Shown here in pieces: positions 17,270-25,674 of a stretch of 32,000 bases of DNA. The notes under the pieces are model-generated. The model did not search any database. It was not told the origin of the DNA and saw only the letters and a list, made by a program, of their open reading frames with translations. The stretch lies in contig NC_017080.1 in NCBI RefSeq assembly GCF_000284115.1, positions 2,460,001 to 2,492,000 on the forward strand, written 5' to 3'. Position numbers and translations under genes: made by a program. Each line of letters begins with the position of its first letter. The stretch's first letter is position 1. The stretch is from Phycisphaera mikurensis NBRC 102666. Lineage in GTDB: Bacteria; Planctomycetota; Phycisphaerae; Phycisphaerales; Phycisphaeraceae.

Positions 17270-18408
17270 GCGTCGTTGGGTTCGGGCTTGCTGCCCGGGG
17301 TGGTCACGGCCTCGGTGCCCTCGCCGAGGGGAGCGGCGCCCACGGGGTCCTCTCGCTTCGCGATGAGGTCGCAGTCGTCGAAGGCGGTGCCGTCGGCGCC
17401 GCGACGCAGCAGCAGGTAGATCATCGTCGAAGCGGTGCACGCGAAGCTGAAGGCGAAGGCCAGCGGCAGCGCCCGCAGGCAGACCAGCCAGAACCACACG
17501 AGCCAGCCGGTGATCGCGGTCGACGGCGCCTCCCCGCCGCCGGACGCCGGGCCGTCGGCATAAGCCAGTGCCTCGCGGAACGCCGAGGGTGAACCGATCG
17601 CGCCCGCCTCGACGAGGCACGCCGTCAGCCGGATCGCGCCCTCCACGAGCAGCCAGAGGAACCCGAAGCAAGCCGCCCCGTAGAGCGCCGCCACGAGCGC
17701 GTAGAAGAGGTAGGACCAGGGCTTCGCTGTCAGGTACGCGAAGCACCGGCTCATCGTGTCGAAGGCGTCCGTGCCCTCGACCGCGACCGCCGCCGCCATG
17801 AGCGGGTAGCTCAGCAGCAGCGCGGCGACGACGACCGCCGCCCCGAGGCCCGCGAGCAGCATCGGCCCGAAGAGCAGCCCGCCGAGCACGTCCAGCCACG
17901 GGAGCGAGAACAGCAGCAGCCCCAGCAGCGCGAGCGCGATCCCCACCCCCACGATCACCACGCCGGGGATCACCGGGGCGAGCATCGCCCAGGGCCCCTT
18001 GCGCGCGACGAAGCCCGCCGCCGCCACCGGCCCGATGTTCTCGCCGGTGCACAGGCGTGCCGCCGCCATCCGGCAGACGCCGAGCCCGACGCTCGTGGCG
18101 ACCAGGAGCAGAAGGAACACGGCGAGCCAGAGGGGCCAGCCGCCGTCTCCGCGGAGGGCCGCGAACGCGAGCCGGAAGTGCTCCGCGGTTCGGGGTGCGG
18201 AAGGCGAGACAAGCCCATCACGCGTGGAGAGGATCGCGGCGTAGATCACCGCCCACACCCCCATCACCGCCACCCAGCTCAGCAGGATCTTCGAGGGCTG
18301 CATCGCCACCCGGAAGCATTGGAACAGGTGCACCACCGGCGTCACCCGGCCCCAGTCGACGGCGTGAGCGCGGGTGAGGGTGGGCTGCGGATCGATCGGC
18401 TCGGCCAT
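17266..18408 (-). CDS. polytopic integral membrane protein of unknown function (first gene of the importer operon)
   Basis: The 380-aa product has about 7-8 hydrophobic helices (e.g. ILLSWVAVMGVWAVIYAAIL, WLAVFLLLLVATSVGLGV, ITGWLVWFWLVCLRALPLAF) and an acidic soluble tail. I recognise no family motif. Confidence 0.65.
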   Translation of the reverse strand: MAEPIDPQPTLTRAHAVDWGRVTPVVHLFQCFRVAMQPSKILLSWVAVMGVWAVIYAAILSTRDGLVSPSAPRTAEHFRLAFAALRGDGGWPLWLAVFLLLLVATSVGLGVCRMAAARLCTGENIGPVAAAGFVARKGPWAMLAPVIPGVVIVGVGIALALLGLLLFSLPWLDVLGGLLFGPMLLAGLGAAVVVAALLLSYPLMAAAVAVEGTDAFDTMSRCFAYLTAKPWSYLFYALVAALYGAACFGFLWLLVEGAIRLTACLVEAGAIGSPSAFREALAYADGPASGGGEAPSTAITGWLVWFWLVCLRALPLAFAFSFACTASTMIYLLLRRGADGTAFDDCDLIAKREDPVGAAPLGEGTEAVTTPGSKPEPNDA

Positions 18409-18460
18409 GGGGCGGAGGGTATCGGGGGCGGTGGGGCATCGGCTGCGCCGATCAAGTGGG

Positions 18461-18546
18461 GAAGCGAAGAAGCGAAGAAGCGAAGAAGTGAGGAAGCGAG
18501 GAGGTGAAGAAGTGAAGAAGCGGGGGAGCGGGGGAGCGGGGGAGCC
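18461..18546. repeat. element A, purine-rich 8-bp tandem array (about 11 units: GAAGCGAA, GAAGTGAG, GAAGCGGG, GGAGCGGG)
   Basis: Hand-parsed units of period 8 run from 18461 to 18546. This array is the approximate reverse complement of the array at 18586-18684. Confidence 0.9.
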
Positions 18547-18585
18547 GACACCGCGATGCGACGCAGCCCGGCCAGCCCCTGCTGA

Positions 18586-18684
18586 CTTCTCCGCTTCTCC
18601 GCTTCTTCGCTTCTCCGCTTCTCCGCTTCTCCGCTTCTCCGCTTCTCCGCTTCTCCGCTTCTTCGCTTGCTCTTCGCTTCTCCG
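18586..18684. repeat. element A, pyrimidine-rich 8-bp tandem array (12 units, CTTCTCCG consensus; variants CTTCTTCG and one 11-nt unit)
   Basis: Hand-parsed units: 18586-93, 18594-601, and so on to 18677-84. The reverse complement CGGAGAAG matches the left-array units at 6-8 of 8 positions. A 39-nt spacer ending in CTGCTGAC separates the arrays. Confidence 0.9.
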
Positions 18685-18690
18685 CGTGCC

Positions 18691-18707
18691 GAGCCGCGTA
18701 GCGGCTC
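18691..18707 (-). terminator. small GC hairpin just 3' of accC, followed on the plus strand by an 11-nt C run (18707-18717)
   Basis: GAGCCGC-GTA-GCGGCTC forms a perfect 7-bp stem. The minus-strand order is accC stop, G11, hairpin, then the repeat arrays. There is no U-tract. Confidence 0.4.
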
Positions 18708-18717
18708 CCCCCCCCCC

Positions 18718-20064
18718 TCACATCCCCAGCAACCTCTCCACAAAGTTGATGTCCACCTCGCTCCGCCGGAAGTTCCCGTTCTTCATCAGCCGCAGGTGCA
18801 GCGGGATGGTCGTCTTCGTCGGAGCGATCTCGAACTCCCGCAGCGCCGTGACCAGCGCCCGGATCGCCTGCTCGCGGTCGGGCCGGTGGACGATCAGCTT
18901 GCCGATCATCGAGTCGTAGTGGGGCGGGATCCGGTAGCCCGCGTGGGCGTGGGTGTCCAGCCGCACGCCCAGACCGCCGGGCGGGTTGAAGGCCTGGATG
19001 AGCCCCGCCGAGGGCGCGAAGTTCCGCTCCGGGTCCTCCGCGTTGATCCGCACCTCGATCGCGTGGCCGCTGAGCTTCACGTCCTTCTGCCGGAAGGGCA
19101 GCGGGTCCCCCTGGGCCACCTGGATCGTCGTCTTCACGATGTCCACCCCCGTGACCATCTCGGTGACCGGGTGCTCCACCTGCACCCGGGTGTTGACCTC
19201 CATGAGGTAGAAGTTCTTCTTCGCGTCCATCAGGAACTCGACCGTCCCCGCCGCGTGGTACTTCGCCGCCTTGGCCAGCCGGGCCGCGGAGAGGCACAGC
19301 TTCTCCGCCTCGCTGCGGGTGAGCACCGGGCAGGGCGCCTCCTCGATGAGCTTCTGCTTGCGCCGCTGCATCGTGCAATCGCGTTCCCAGAGGTGGCAGA
19401 CGCTGCCCTGGGTGTCGCCGATGACCTGCACCTCCACGTGGCGGGCGTTGTCGATGAACTTCTCCAGGTAGACCGTCCCGTCCCCGAAGGCCGCCTCGGC
19501 CTCCTGGCTCGCGGCCTTGAGCCCCGCCCGCAGCGCCCCGTCGTTGTGGGCCACCCGCATGCCCCGGCCGCCGCCGCCCGCGGAGGCCTTGACCATGACC
19601 GGGTAGCCGATCTCCTTGGCCATCTTGAGGGCTTCGCCCTCGTCCTCCACCGCGCCCTTGGAGCCCGGCGAGGTGGGCACCTTGCTGGCGATGGCCAGCT
19701 GCTTGCAGGCGACCTTGTCGCCCAGGGTGTTCATGGCCTCGACGCTGGGCCCGATGAACTCGATGTTGCTGCTGCGGCACACGTCCGCGAAGTGGGCGTT
19801 CTCGGCGAGGAAGCCGTAGCCCGGGTGGATCGCGTCGACGTTGCACACCTCGGCGGCCGCGATCAGCCGGGGGATGTTGAGGTAGCTCTGGGCGGGCGCC
19901 GGCGGCCCGATGCACACCGCCCGGTCCGCGGCCCGGACGTGCTTGCTGTCGGCGTCGGCGGTGGAGAACACCGCCACCGCCTCCATGCCCAGCTCGTGGG
20001 CGGCGCGGATGATCCGGAGGGCGATCTCGCCCCGGTTGGCGATGAGGATGCGGGAGAAGGGCAA
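18718..20064 (-). CDS. accC: acetyl-CoA carboxylase biotin carboxylase subunit
   Basis: MPFSRILIANRGEIALRIIRA is the canonical N-terminus. The ATP-grasp motifs are GYPVMVKASAGGGGRGMRV and EVNTRVQVEHPVTE. Product is 448 aa. Confidence 0.97.
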   Translation of the reverse strand: MPFSRILIANRGEIALRIIRAAHELGMEAVAVFSTADADSKHVRAADRAVCIGPPAPAQSYLNIPRLIAAAEVCNVDAIHPGYGFLAENAHFADVCRSSNIEFIGPSVEAMNTLGDKVACKQLAIASKVPTSPGSKGAVEDEGEALKMAKEIGYPVMVKASAGGGGRGMRVAHNDGALRAGLKAASQEAEAAFGDGTVYLEKFIDNARHVEVQVIGDTQGSVCHLWERDCTMQRRKQKLIEEAPCPVLTRSEAEKLCLSAARLAKAAKYHAAGTVEFLMDAKKNFYLMEVNTRVQVEHPVTEMVTGVDIVKTTIQVAQGDPLPFRQKDVKLSGHAIEVRINAEDPERNFAPSAGLIQAFNPPGGLGVRLDTHAHAGYRIPPHYDSMIGKLIVHRPDREQAIRALVTALREFEIAPTKTTIPLHLRLMKNGNFRRSEVDINFVERLLGM

Positions 20065-20119
20065 GGAGGTCTCTGGTGGCTTGGGGCGGGTGAACTCGGG
20101 CGAACGCGATGGGGCGGGA

Positions 20120-20229
20120 AAGCGAGGAAGCGAGGAAGCGGAGAAGAAAGGGAGTCAGCAAGATCCTGAGAGAGGCTGGCAATTCATCTGCTGACTTCTT
20201 CGCTTCCTCACTTCTCCGCTTCTTCGCTT
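20120..20229. repeat. element B: shorter copy of the inverted 8-mer array element, between accB and accC
   Basis: The left arm is 20120-20160 (AAGCGAGGAAGCGAGGAAGCGGAGAAG...GTCAGCA), the loop is 28 nt, and the right arm is 20189-20229 (TGCTGACTTCTTCGCTTCCTCACTTCTCCGCTTCTTCGCTT). My hand alignment gives 31 of 41 complementary positions, and the mismatches are mostly A/G transitions. Confidence 0.85.
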
Positions 20230-20230
20230 G

Positions 20231-20245
20231 AGCGGCTCCGCCGCT
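20231..20245 (-). terminator. small GC hairpin just 3' of accB (AGCGGC-TCC-GCCGCT)
   Basis: The stem is 6 bp and lies 6 nt after the accB stop. Its minus-strand sequence contains GAGCCGCT, as does the hairpin after accC. Confidence 0.35.
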
Positions 20246-20251
20246 GCGTAC

Positions 20252-20716
20252 TCACTTCAACACGAACAACACCTGCCCGAACTCCACCGCATCCCCGTTG
20301 CTCACCTTGATCTCCGCCACCGTCCCGCTGGCCTCCGCCTTGATCTCGTTGAAGACCTTCATCGCCTCGATGATGCAGACCACCGTGTCGGGCGTCACCC
20401 GATCGCCCACCTTCACGAAGTCGTCCGCGTCGGGGCTGCTGGCCGCGTAGAAGCTGCCGACCATCGGCGAGACCACCGGGGTTCCCTCCGCGTCGTCGTC
20501 CGCGGCGGGGCCGGAGGCGGCGGGGGCCGCCGCCGCGGCGCCCGCACCCGTCGCCGCGGACGCCGCGGGCGGGGGAGCCGGCACGTGCTGAACGACCTCG
20601 CCGCCGCCTCCCCGCTTCAGCTTGATCTTCTCGCCCTGGTCCTCCAGGTCCACCTCCGAGAGGCCGTTGTCGACCATCATCTTGATGAGCTGCCGCAGGA
20701 TCTTGAGGTCTGTCAT
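20252..20716 (-). CDS. accB: acetyl-CoA carboxylase biotin carboxyl carrier protein
   Basis: Start at ATG 20716 ([14 protein letters not shown]...). It has an Ala/Pro-rich linker, and the biotinylation motif EAMKVFNEI lies in the C-terminal lipoyl-like domain. The ORF-track extension to 21130 is shadow sequence. Confidence 0.95.
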   Translation of the reverse strand: MTDLKILRQLIKMMVDNGLSEVDLEDQGEKIKLKRGGGGEVVQHVPAPPPAASAATGAGAAAAAPAASGPAADDDAEGTPVVSPMVGSFYAASSPDADDFVKVGDRVTPDTVVCIIEAMKVFNEIKAEASGTVAEIKVSNGDAVEFGQVLFVLK

Positions 20717-20832
20717 GGGGTTCGCTTGGCGAGGGAAAGCCGGGGCGGGGGAGCGTAATGGATCGGGAGCCTCCGCGGCCCGCGCCGAACGTTTCGCCAC
20801 GAGAGGAGACCCCGAGGCCGGGCGCGGAAGCC

Positions 20833-20878
20833 CCGCGGACCGGAGCCCCAAACGCCGCCGACCCGCGACGGTCCGCGG
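20833..20878. repeat. 46-bp palindromic element, copy 4
   Basis: CCGCGGACCG at 20833-20842 and CGGTCCGCGG at 20869-20878, with a 26-nt spacer. It lies in the 400-bp divergent accB/katG intergenic region. Confidence 0.8.
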
Positions 20879-21116
20879 TCCCACCGCCCGCGTTCTTCCC
20901 CGGCTCCGGCCGCCCGGTCGTCTAAGGTCGATCTCCGCGGATCCGGACTCTGCCCTGCCTTTGGGCGGGTGGCCCAGCCGCGGCGGCCGGGTCACCCGCC
21001 CAACGCCGCCGCCCGGGCATGGGCCGGGTCGGACCGCACCTTGTTTCCGCATCGCCGGGCTCGACCCGGCGGAGCCCGCAGCCTCCCGAAGCACAGCTCG
21101 CGAAGCGAAGCCCGAT

Positions 21117-23387
21117 ATGGCCACCGACACCTACCCCGACACGCAGCAGTTCCCCGACACCGACGGCCGCGGCCCCAAGGCGCAGTGCCCGTTCATGAAG
21201 CCCCAGCACCGCCACACGGCGCAGGGTGCGCTCTCCAACGGCGACTGGTGGCCCGAGCAGCTCAACCTGCGGATGCTGCACCAGCACGCCCCGGCGGCCG
21301 ACCCGATGGGCACGGACTTCGACTACCGCTCCGCCTTCATGGAGCTCGACTTCCAGGCCGTCAAGCGCGACATCCAGGCGCTCCTGACCGACAGCCAGGA
21401 CTGGTGGCCCGCCGACTACGGGCACTACGGCCCGATGTTCATCCGCATGGCCTGGCACTCCGCCGGCACCTACCGCGTGCAGGACGGCCGCGGCGGCGGC
21501 GGGCACTCCATGCTCCGCTTCGCTCCCCTGAACAGCTGGCCCGACAACGCGAACCTCGACAAGGCCGTCCGCCTGCTCTGGCCGATCAAGCAGAAGTACG
21601 GGGCGAACCTCAGCTGGGGCGACCTGTTGATCCTCACCGGCAACGTCGCCCTCGAGGACATGGGGCTGCAGACGTTCGGGTTCGGCGGCGGCCGCGTGGA
21701 CCTCTACGAGCCCGAGGGCGACATCAACTGGGGACCCGAGACCGACTGGCTCGGCGACGAGCGCTACACCGGCGACCGCGAGCTGCAGAACCCGCTGGGC
21801 GCGGTGCAGATGGGCCTCATCTACGTGAACCCCGAGGGGCCCAACGGCAGCGGCGACCCGGTCGCCTCCGCTCGCGACATCCGCGAGACCTTCTCGCGCA
21901 TGGCGATGAACGACGAGGAGACCGTCGCCCTGATCGCCGGCGGCCACACCTTCGGCAAGGTCCACGGCGCCGCCAGCCCCGCCGAGAACGTCGAACGCGA
22001 GCCCGAGGGCGCGCCCCTCGAGCAGATGGGCCTGGGGTGGAAGAACAACTTCGAGAGCGGCAAGGGCGAGCACACCATCAGCTCCGGGCTGGAGGGCGCC
22101 TGGACCGCGAAGCCCACCGAGTGGGACAACGGCTACTTCGAGAACCTCTTCAAGTACGAGTGGAAGCAGACGAAGTCGCCTGCTGGCGCGACGCAGTGGA
22201 TCCCCACCGACGAGAGCGTCGCGAACCTCGTGCCCGACGCCCACGACCCGGTGAAGCGGCACGCGCCGATCATGCTGACCTCGGACCTCGCGCTCATCAA
22301 GGACGAGAAGTACCTGCCGATCAGCAAGCGCTTCCACGACGACCCGGCCTACTTCGCCGAAACCTTCGCCCGCGCCTGGTACAAGCTGACGCACCGGGAC
22401 ATGGGCCCGAAGATCCGCCTGCTCGGGCCGGAAGTGCCCGAGGAGGAGCTGCTCTGGCAGGACCCGGTGCCGGCTCCCGACGCCCCCCTGATCGGGGAGG
22501 CGGAGATCGCCACGCTGAAGGAGAAGCTGCTGGGCTGCGGGCTGAGCCTGCAGCAGCTCGTCTCGACGGCGTGGAAGGCCGCCGCGACGTTCCGCGGCAC
22601 CGACCTGCGCGGCGGCGCCGACGGCGCCCGCCTTCGGCTGGCGCCGCAGAAGGACTGGGACGCGCACGAGCCCGAGGAGCTGGCGAAGGTGCTGGAGGTG
22701 CTCGAGGCGGTGCAGACCGACTTCAACGCGGGGCTCGATGGCATGAAGGTGTCGCTCGCGGACACGATCGTGCTCGGCGGCTGCGCCGCCGTCGAGGCCG
22801 CGGCCCGGGCCGCCGGCAGCGACGTGACGGTCCCCTTCACCCCCGGCCGCGGCGACGCCTCGCAGGAGCAGACCGACGTGGAGAGCTTCGCGTGGCTGGA
22901 GCCCACCGCCGACGGTTTCCGCAACTACATGCCTTTCGGCGGCGGCCGCGACGGCGGCGACCACGGCTTCCCGCCGCAGGAGCTGCTGCTCGACCGCGCC
23001 CACGCGCTCAACCTCTCCGCCCCGGAGATGACCGTGCTCGTCGGCGGCATGCGCGCGATCGGCGCGACCCACGGCGGATCGAAGCTCGGCGTGCTCACCA
23101 ACACGCCGGGCCAGCTGAACAACGCCTTCTTCACCACGCTGCTCGACAACGACCTCACCTGGAAGAAGAGCGAGCGCTGCGCGCACTTCTACGAGGGGTC
23201 GTCCCGCGCCACCGGCGACGCGAAGTGGATCGCCACCGCGGTGGACCTCGTCTTCGGCAGCAACAGCCAGCTGCGGGCGATCTCCGAGGTCTACGCCTCC
23301 AAGGGCGGGAACGATCGCTTCGTGGACCACTTCGTGAAGGCGTGGACGAAGGTGATGACGCTGGACCGCTTCGACCTGCACGCCTGA
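21117..23387 (+). CDS. katG: catalase-peroxidase
   Basis: Start at ATG 21117. Motifs: [15 protein letters not shown], the distal-site [11 protein letters not shown], the proximal [10 protein letters not shown], and a duplicated C-terminal peroxidase-like domain. Product is 756 aa. Confidence 0.97.
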   Translation: MATDTYPDTQQFPDTDGRGPKAQCPFMKPQHRHTAQGALSNGDWWPEQLNLRMLHQHAPAADPMGTDFDYRSAFMELDFQAVKRDIQALLTDSQDWWPADYGHYGPMFIRMAWHSAGTYRVQDGRGGGGHSMLRFAPLNSWPDNANLDKAVRLLWPIKQKYGANLSWGDLLILTGNVALEDMGLQTFGFGGGRVDLYEPEGDINWGPETDWLGDERYTGDRELQNPLGAVQMGLIYVNPEGPNGSGDPVASARDIRETFSRMAMNDEETVALIAGGHTFGKVHGAASPAENVEREPEGAPLEQMGLGWKNNFESGKGEHTISSGLEGAWTAKPTEWDNGYFENLFKYEWKQTKSPAGATQWIPTDESVANLVPDAHDPVKRHAPIMLTSDLALIKDEKYLPISKRFHDDPAYFAETFARAWYKLTHRDMGPKIRLLGPEVPEEELLWQDPVPAPDAPLIGEAEIATLKEKLLGCGLSLQQLVSTAWKAAATFRGTDLRGGADGARLRLAPQKDWDAHEPEELAKVLEVLEAVQTDFNAGLDGMKVSLADTIVLGGCAAVEAAARAAGSDVTVPFTPGRGDASQEQTDVESFAWLEPTADGFRNYMPFGGGRDGGDHGFPPQELLLDRAHALNLSAPEMTVLVGGMRAIGATHGGSKLGVLTNTPGQLNNAFFTTLLDNDLTWKKSERCAHFYEGSSRATGDAKWIATAVDLVFGSNSQLRAISEVYASKGGNDRFVDHFVKAWTKVMTLDRFDLHA

Positions 23388-23406
23388 CCGCGGGAACCCG
23401 TGCGTG

Positions 23407-23437
23407 GGCGTCCGGGCCGGTCCGCGTCGCGGACGCC
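23407..23437. terminator. GC hairpin in the convergent katG / DUF5872 gap
   Basis: GGCGTCCG at 23407-14 pairs with CGGACGCC at 23430-37, leaving a 15-nt loop. It lies 20 nt after the katG stop. There is no U-tract. Confidence 0.3.
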
Positions 23438-23555
23438 GGGAGCCCGCCGCTGCGGGCGGACGCGAGAGCGATCCGGGCGACCGCCCGGCGCCGCTCGGCG
23501 GCCTTCCCGCGCGCCGCCCGCTCCTTCGCCGCCGGCAGGCCGACCGCCGCGCCGT

Positions 23556-24272
23556 TCAGCGCTCCTCCAGCGCCTCCCGCAGCTCCGCCTTGTCCATCTT
23601 CGACCGGCCGTCGATCCCCGCCTCCTTCGCCTCCTCGTAGAGCTCGGCCTTCGTCTCCGCCTCGCCGCCGGAGCCGCCGCCCGCCCCGTCGCCGTCGCCG
23701 AAGGAGTCGTGCAGCGCGTGGGCCAGGTCTTCCTTGTCGAGCTTGCTCCGCCCCTCCACCTCCCGCTCGGACGCGAGGCGGTGGAGCTCCTTGGAGGAGA
23801 GCCGCAACAGCTGCTCCACCGACAGCTCGCTCGCGTCGCCGTGGTCGACGTACGCCCGCGCGGCCTTCGCCTCCACCGTGTTCTCGACGAACTGCTTGCC
23901 GGCGTCCTCGCCCTCGTCCTGCTTCTTCTGCTCGGTCCGCTTCTTCTCCTCCTCGGAAAGGAGGTCCCAAGCCTTTGCGGGGAGGTACCGCTTCATGGGT
24001 TCGCCGTCCTCGTCGGCGTAGGCGCTGCCATCGCGGGTCTGCCAGTCCTGCTCGGTCCACGCGCGGAGCGAGTCGGCGGCCTCCTCCTGCTCCTGGTCCT
24101 GCTTGTAGCCGCCGCCCTCGGCCTCGTACCGCTGCACGAGCAGCTGGCTCTTGCGGGCCGACCACTGCCCGGGCTTGCCCCCCTTGTCGCCGGCTTTGAT
24201 CTCCTCCTTGAGGTCGACGCGGAGCTGCGGCTTCGTGTACTTCTCGGCGTAGTCGTCCGCGGTCTTGCCCAT
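23556..24272 (-). CDS. DUF5872-like protein with two Rho_N/SAP-like helix-extended-helix motifs
   Basis: Start at ATG 24272 (MGKTADDYAEKYTKPQLR...GGKPGQWSARKSQLLVQRYEAEGGGY, which resembles DUF5872). The C-terminal half has KELHRLASEREVEGRSKLDKEDLAHAL and KAELYEEAKEAGIDGRSKMDKAELREAL, both Rho termination factor N-terminal-like motifs. Confidence 0.7.
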   Translation of the reverse strand: MGKTADDYAEKYTKPQLRVDLKEEIKAGDKGGKPGQWSARKSQLLVQRYEAEGGGYKQDQEQEEAADSLRAWTEQDWQTRDGSAYADEDGEPMKRYLPAKAWDLLSEEEKKRTEQKKQDEGEDAGKQFVENTVEAKAARAYVDHGDASELSVEQLLRLSSKELHRLASEREVEGRSKLDKEDLAHALHDSFGDGDGAGGGSGGEAETKAELYEEAKEAGIDGRSKMDKAELREALEER

Positions 24273-24309
24273 GGGCCACCGTAGAAGCGAGCGAGCCCGG
24301 CGGCCAGTC

Positions 24310-25482
24310 TCAGCCCAGCTCGGCATCGCTGCGCTGCTTGGGCAGCGTCGTGAGCACGTCCTTCCCGCCCTCGACCACGGCCACGTCGTCCTCGATGCGG
24401 ACGCCGCCGATGCCGGGCAGGTACACGCCGGGCTCGACGGTGACCACGTGGCCGACCTCCAGCCGGCCGTTCTTGGGCGCCAGCGGCGAGAGCCGCGGGT
24501 CCTCGTGCACGTTGAGCCCGAGGCCGTGGCCCAGGCCGTGGCCAAACGCCTCGCCGTACCCGCGGGCCGTCAGCAGGTCCCGCGCCGCCTTGTCCACGTC
24601 GCGGAGCCGCACCCCCGGCGCGATGGCCGCGATGGCCGCCTCCTGCGCCTCGAGCACGGCGTCGTACACGTCGGCCATCTTCCGCGAGAACCGCCGCAGC
24701 GCCACCACCCGCGTCATGTCGGCGCAGTAGCCATCGAGCCTGGCGCCCCAGTCGATGAGCACGAAGCCCGATGCCCTCAGCTTCGCCGGCCCCGGGATCG
24801 CGTGCGGGAGCGCCGCGTTCGCGTCGGCCGCGACGATCGTGTGGAAGGCGGCGCCGTCCGCCCCCCGCTCCCGCATGCGGTACTCGAGCAAGCCGGCGAC
24901 GGCGGACTCCTGCTGCCCCGCGGCGAGGCCGCCGACGATTTCCTCGAAGGCACGCTGCTGCAGCTCGCCGGCGGCCCGGATCTTCTCGATCTCCTCGGGG
25001 GTCTTGAGGGCCCGCTGAGACGCCAGCCCGTCCTCGAAAGCGACGAGCTTGGGGGCCCGGCCCGCTCCGCGGAAGCCGCTGCGGAGCCCTTTCTTCAGGC
25101 GCTTCTTCCCCTCCAGCGTGAAGCCGGTCTCCTGCAGGCCCAGCTTCGCGTAGCCACGCTTGCCGATCACGCCGGCCACCGCCTCGGCCATGAGGCCTTT
25201 GCGGATGACCGCCCGGGTGCCGGGCGCCTCCCGCTCCACCTGCTCGGCGAAGCGAGCGTCGGTGAGGATCACCGCCCCGCCGCGGGCGGGGACCAGCAGC
25301 CAGGAGTCGTCGCCGACGAAGCCGGTGAGGTAGCGGAGGTCCAGCGGCAGGTTCAGCAGCGCCGCGTCGAGCCCCGCCTCCTTCACCCGGCGCTGCAGAG
25401 GCTTCAAGCGCGACTTGAGTTCCAGCGGCAGCGTAGGTCGTGGCATCAGCCGACGGTACCCGGGGCGGTCTTCCGGGAGCAT
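24310..25482 (-). CDS. Xaa-Pro aminopeptidase / M24B family metallopeptidase
   Basis: Metal-ligand motifs are DWGARLDGYCADMTR, HGLGHGLGLNVHE, VVTVEPGVY and VRIEDDV. The start is ambiguous: ATG 25482 or ATG 25446. Confidence 0.9.
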   Translation of the reverse strand: MLPEDRPGYRRLMPRPTLPLELKSRLKPLQRRVKEAGLDAALLNLPLDLRYLTGFVGDDSWLLVPARGGAVILTDARFAEQVEREAPGTRAVIRKGLMAEAVAGVIGKRGYAKLGLQETGFTLEGKKRLKKGLRSGFRGAGRAPKLVAFEDGLASQRALKTPEEIEKIRAAGELQQRAFEEIVGGLAAGQQESAVAGLLEYRMRERGADGAAFHTIVAADANAALPHAIPGPAKLRASGFVLIDWGARLDGYCADMTRVVALRRFSRKMADVYDAVLEAQEAAIAAIAPGVRLRDVDKAARDLLTARGYGEAFGHGLGHGLGLNVHEDPRLSPLAPKNGRLEVGHVVTVEPGVYLPGIGGVRIEDDVAVVEGGKDVLTTLPKQRSDAELG

Positions 25483-25674
25483 CGCGCGCCCTTTCCGGAT
25501 GGAACCGCGTCCGCGGGGGGTGTTCCCCGCGAGGAGGCGAAGCCGCCCTGCCCCCGCGGGGCGATGCCGCCGGCGAAGCGAGAGACGCGACCCGCCCGCA
25601 GAGGCGGTCCGGGGACGGGGCTTGGTGCGCTATAGTCCGGCACCGCGCGAACCTTCCTAAACAGAACCCGAAAC

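Noticed and set aside
18409-18460. Cobalamin or other riboswitch upstream of the BtuF/BtuC-like operon.
   Set aside because: I could not find a B12-box-like core or any other riboswitch consensus I know in the 5' region. The space is taken by the repeat element. A covariance-model scan (Rfam) would be needed to exclude one formally.
18461-18684. Possible CRISPR array.
   Set aside because: The repeat unit is only 8 bp and is strictly tandem with no unique spacers. The two arrays are inverted relative to each other, and there are no cas genes in the window.
18342-18919. ORF-track ORFs 18342-18743 (minus) and 18374-18919 (plus) encode reiterated peptides such as GEAEKRRS and FSASPLLR.
   Set aside because: They are direct translations of the 8-bp tandem arrays, which is why the periodicity appears in all frames. 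They overlap the accC 3' end and have no start context. I treat them as non-coding repeats.
6779-24545. N-terminal extensions given by the ORF track for fabI (to 7696), accB (to 21130), the ECF sigma factor (to 16278), the permease (to 16754), the SBP (to 18052), the DUF5872-like gene (to 24545) and the YbbR-like gene (from 8729).
   Set aside because: The extended parts are Arg/Pro-rich and overlap neighbouring genes or intergenic repeats. In each case an internal start reproduces the canonical family N-terminus.
25631-25636. TATAGT hexamer in the AT-richer stretch upstream of the DUF1844 gene, as a possible -10 box.
   Set aside because: There is no acceptable -35 or extended -10 at the proper spacing, and promoter consensus in this lineage is not established. 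The evidence is too weak to list as a feature.
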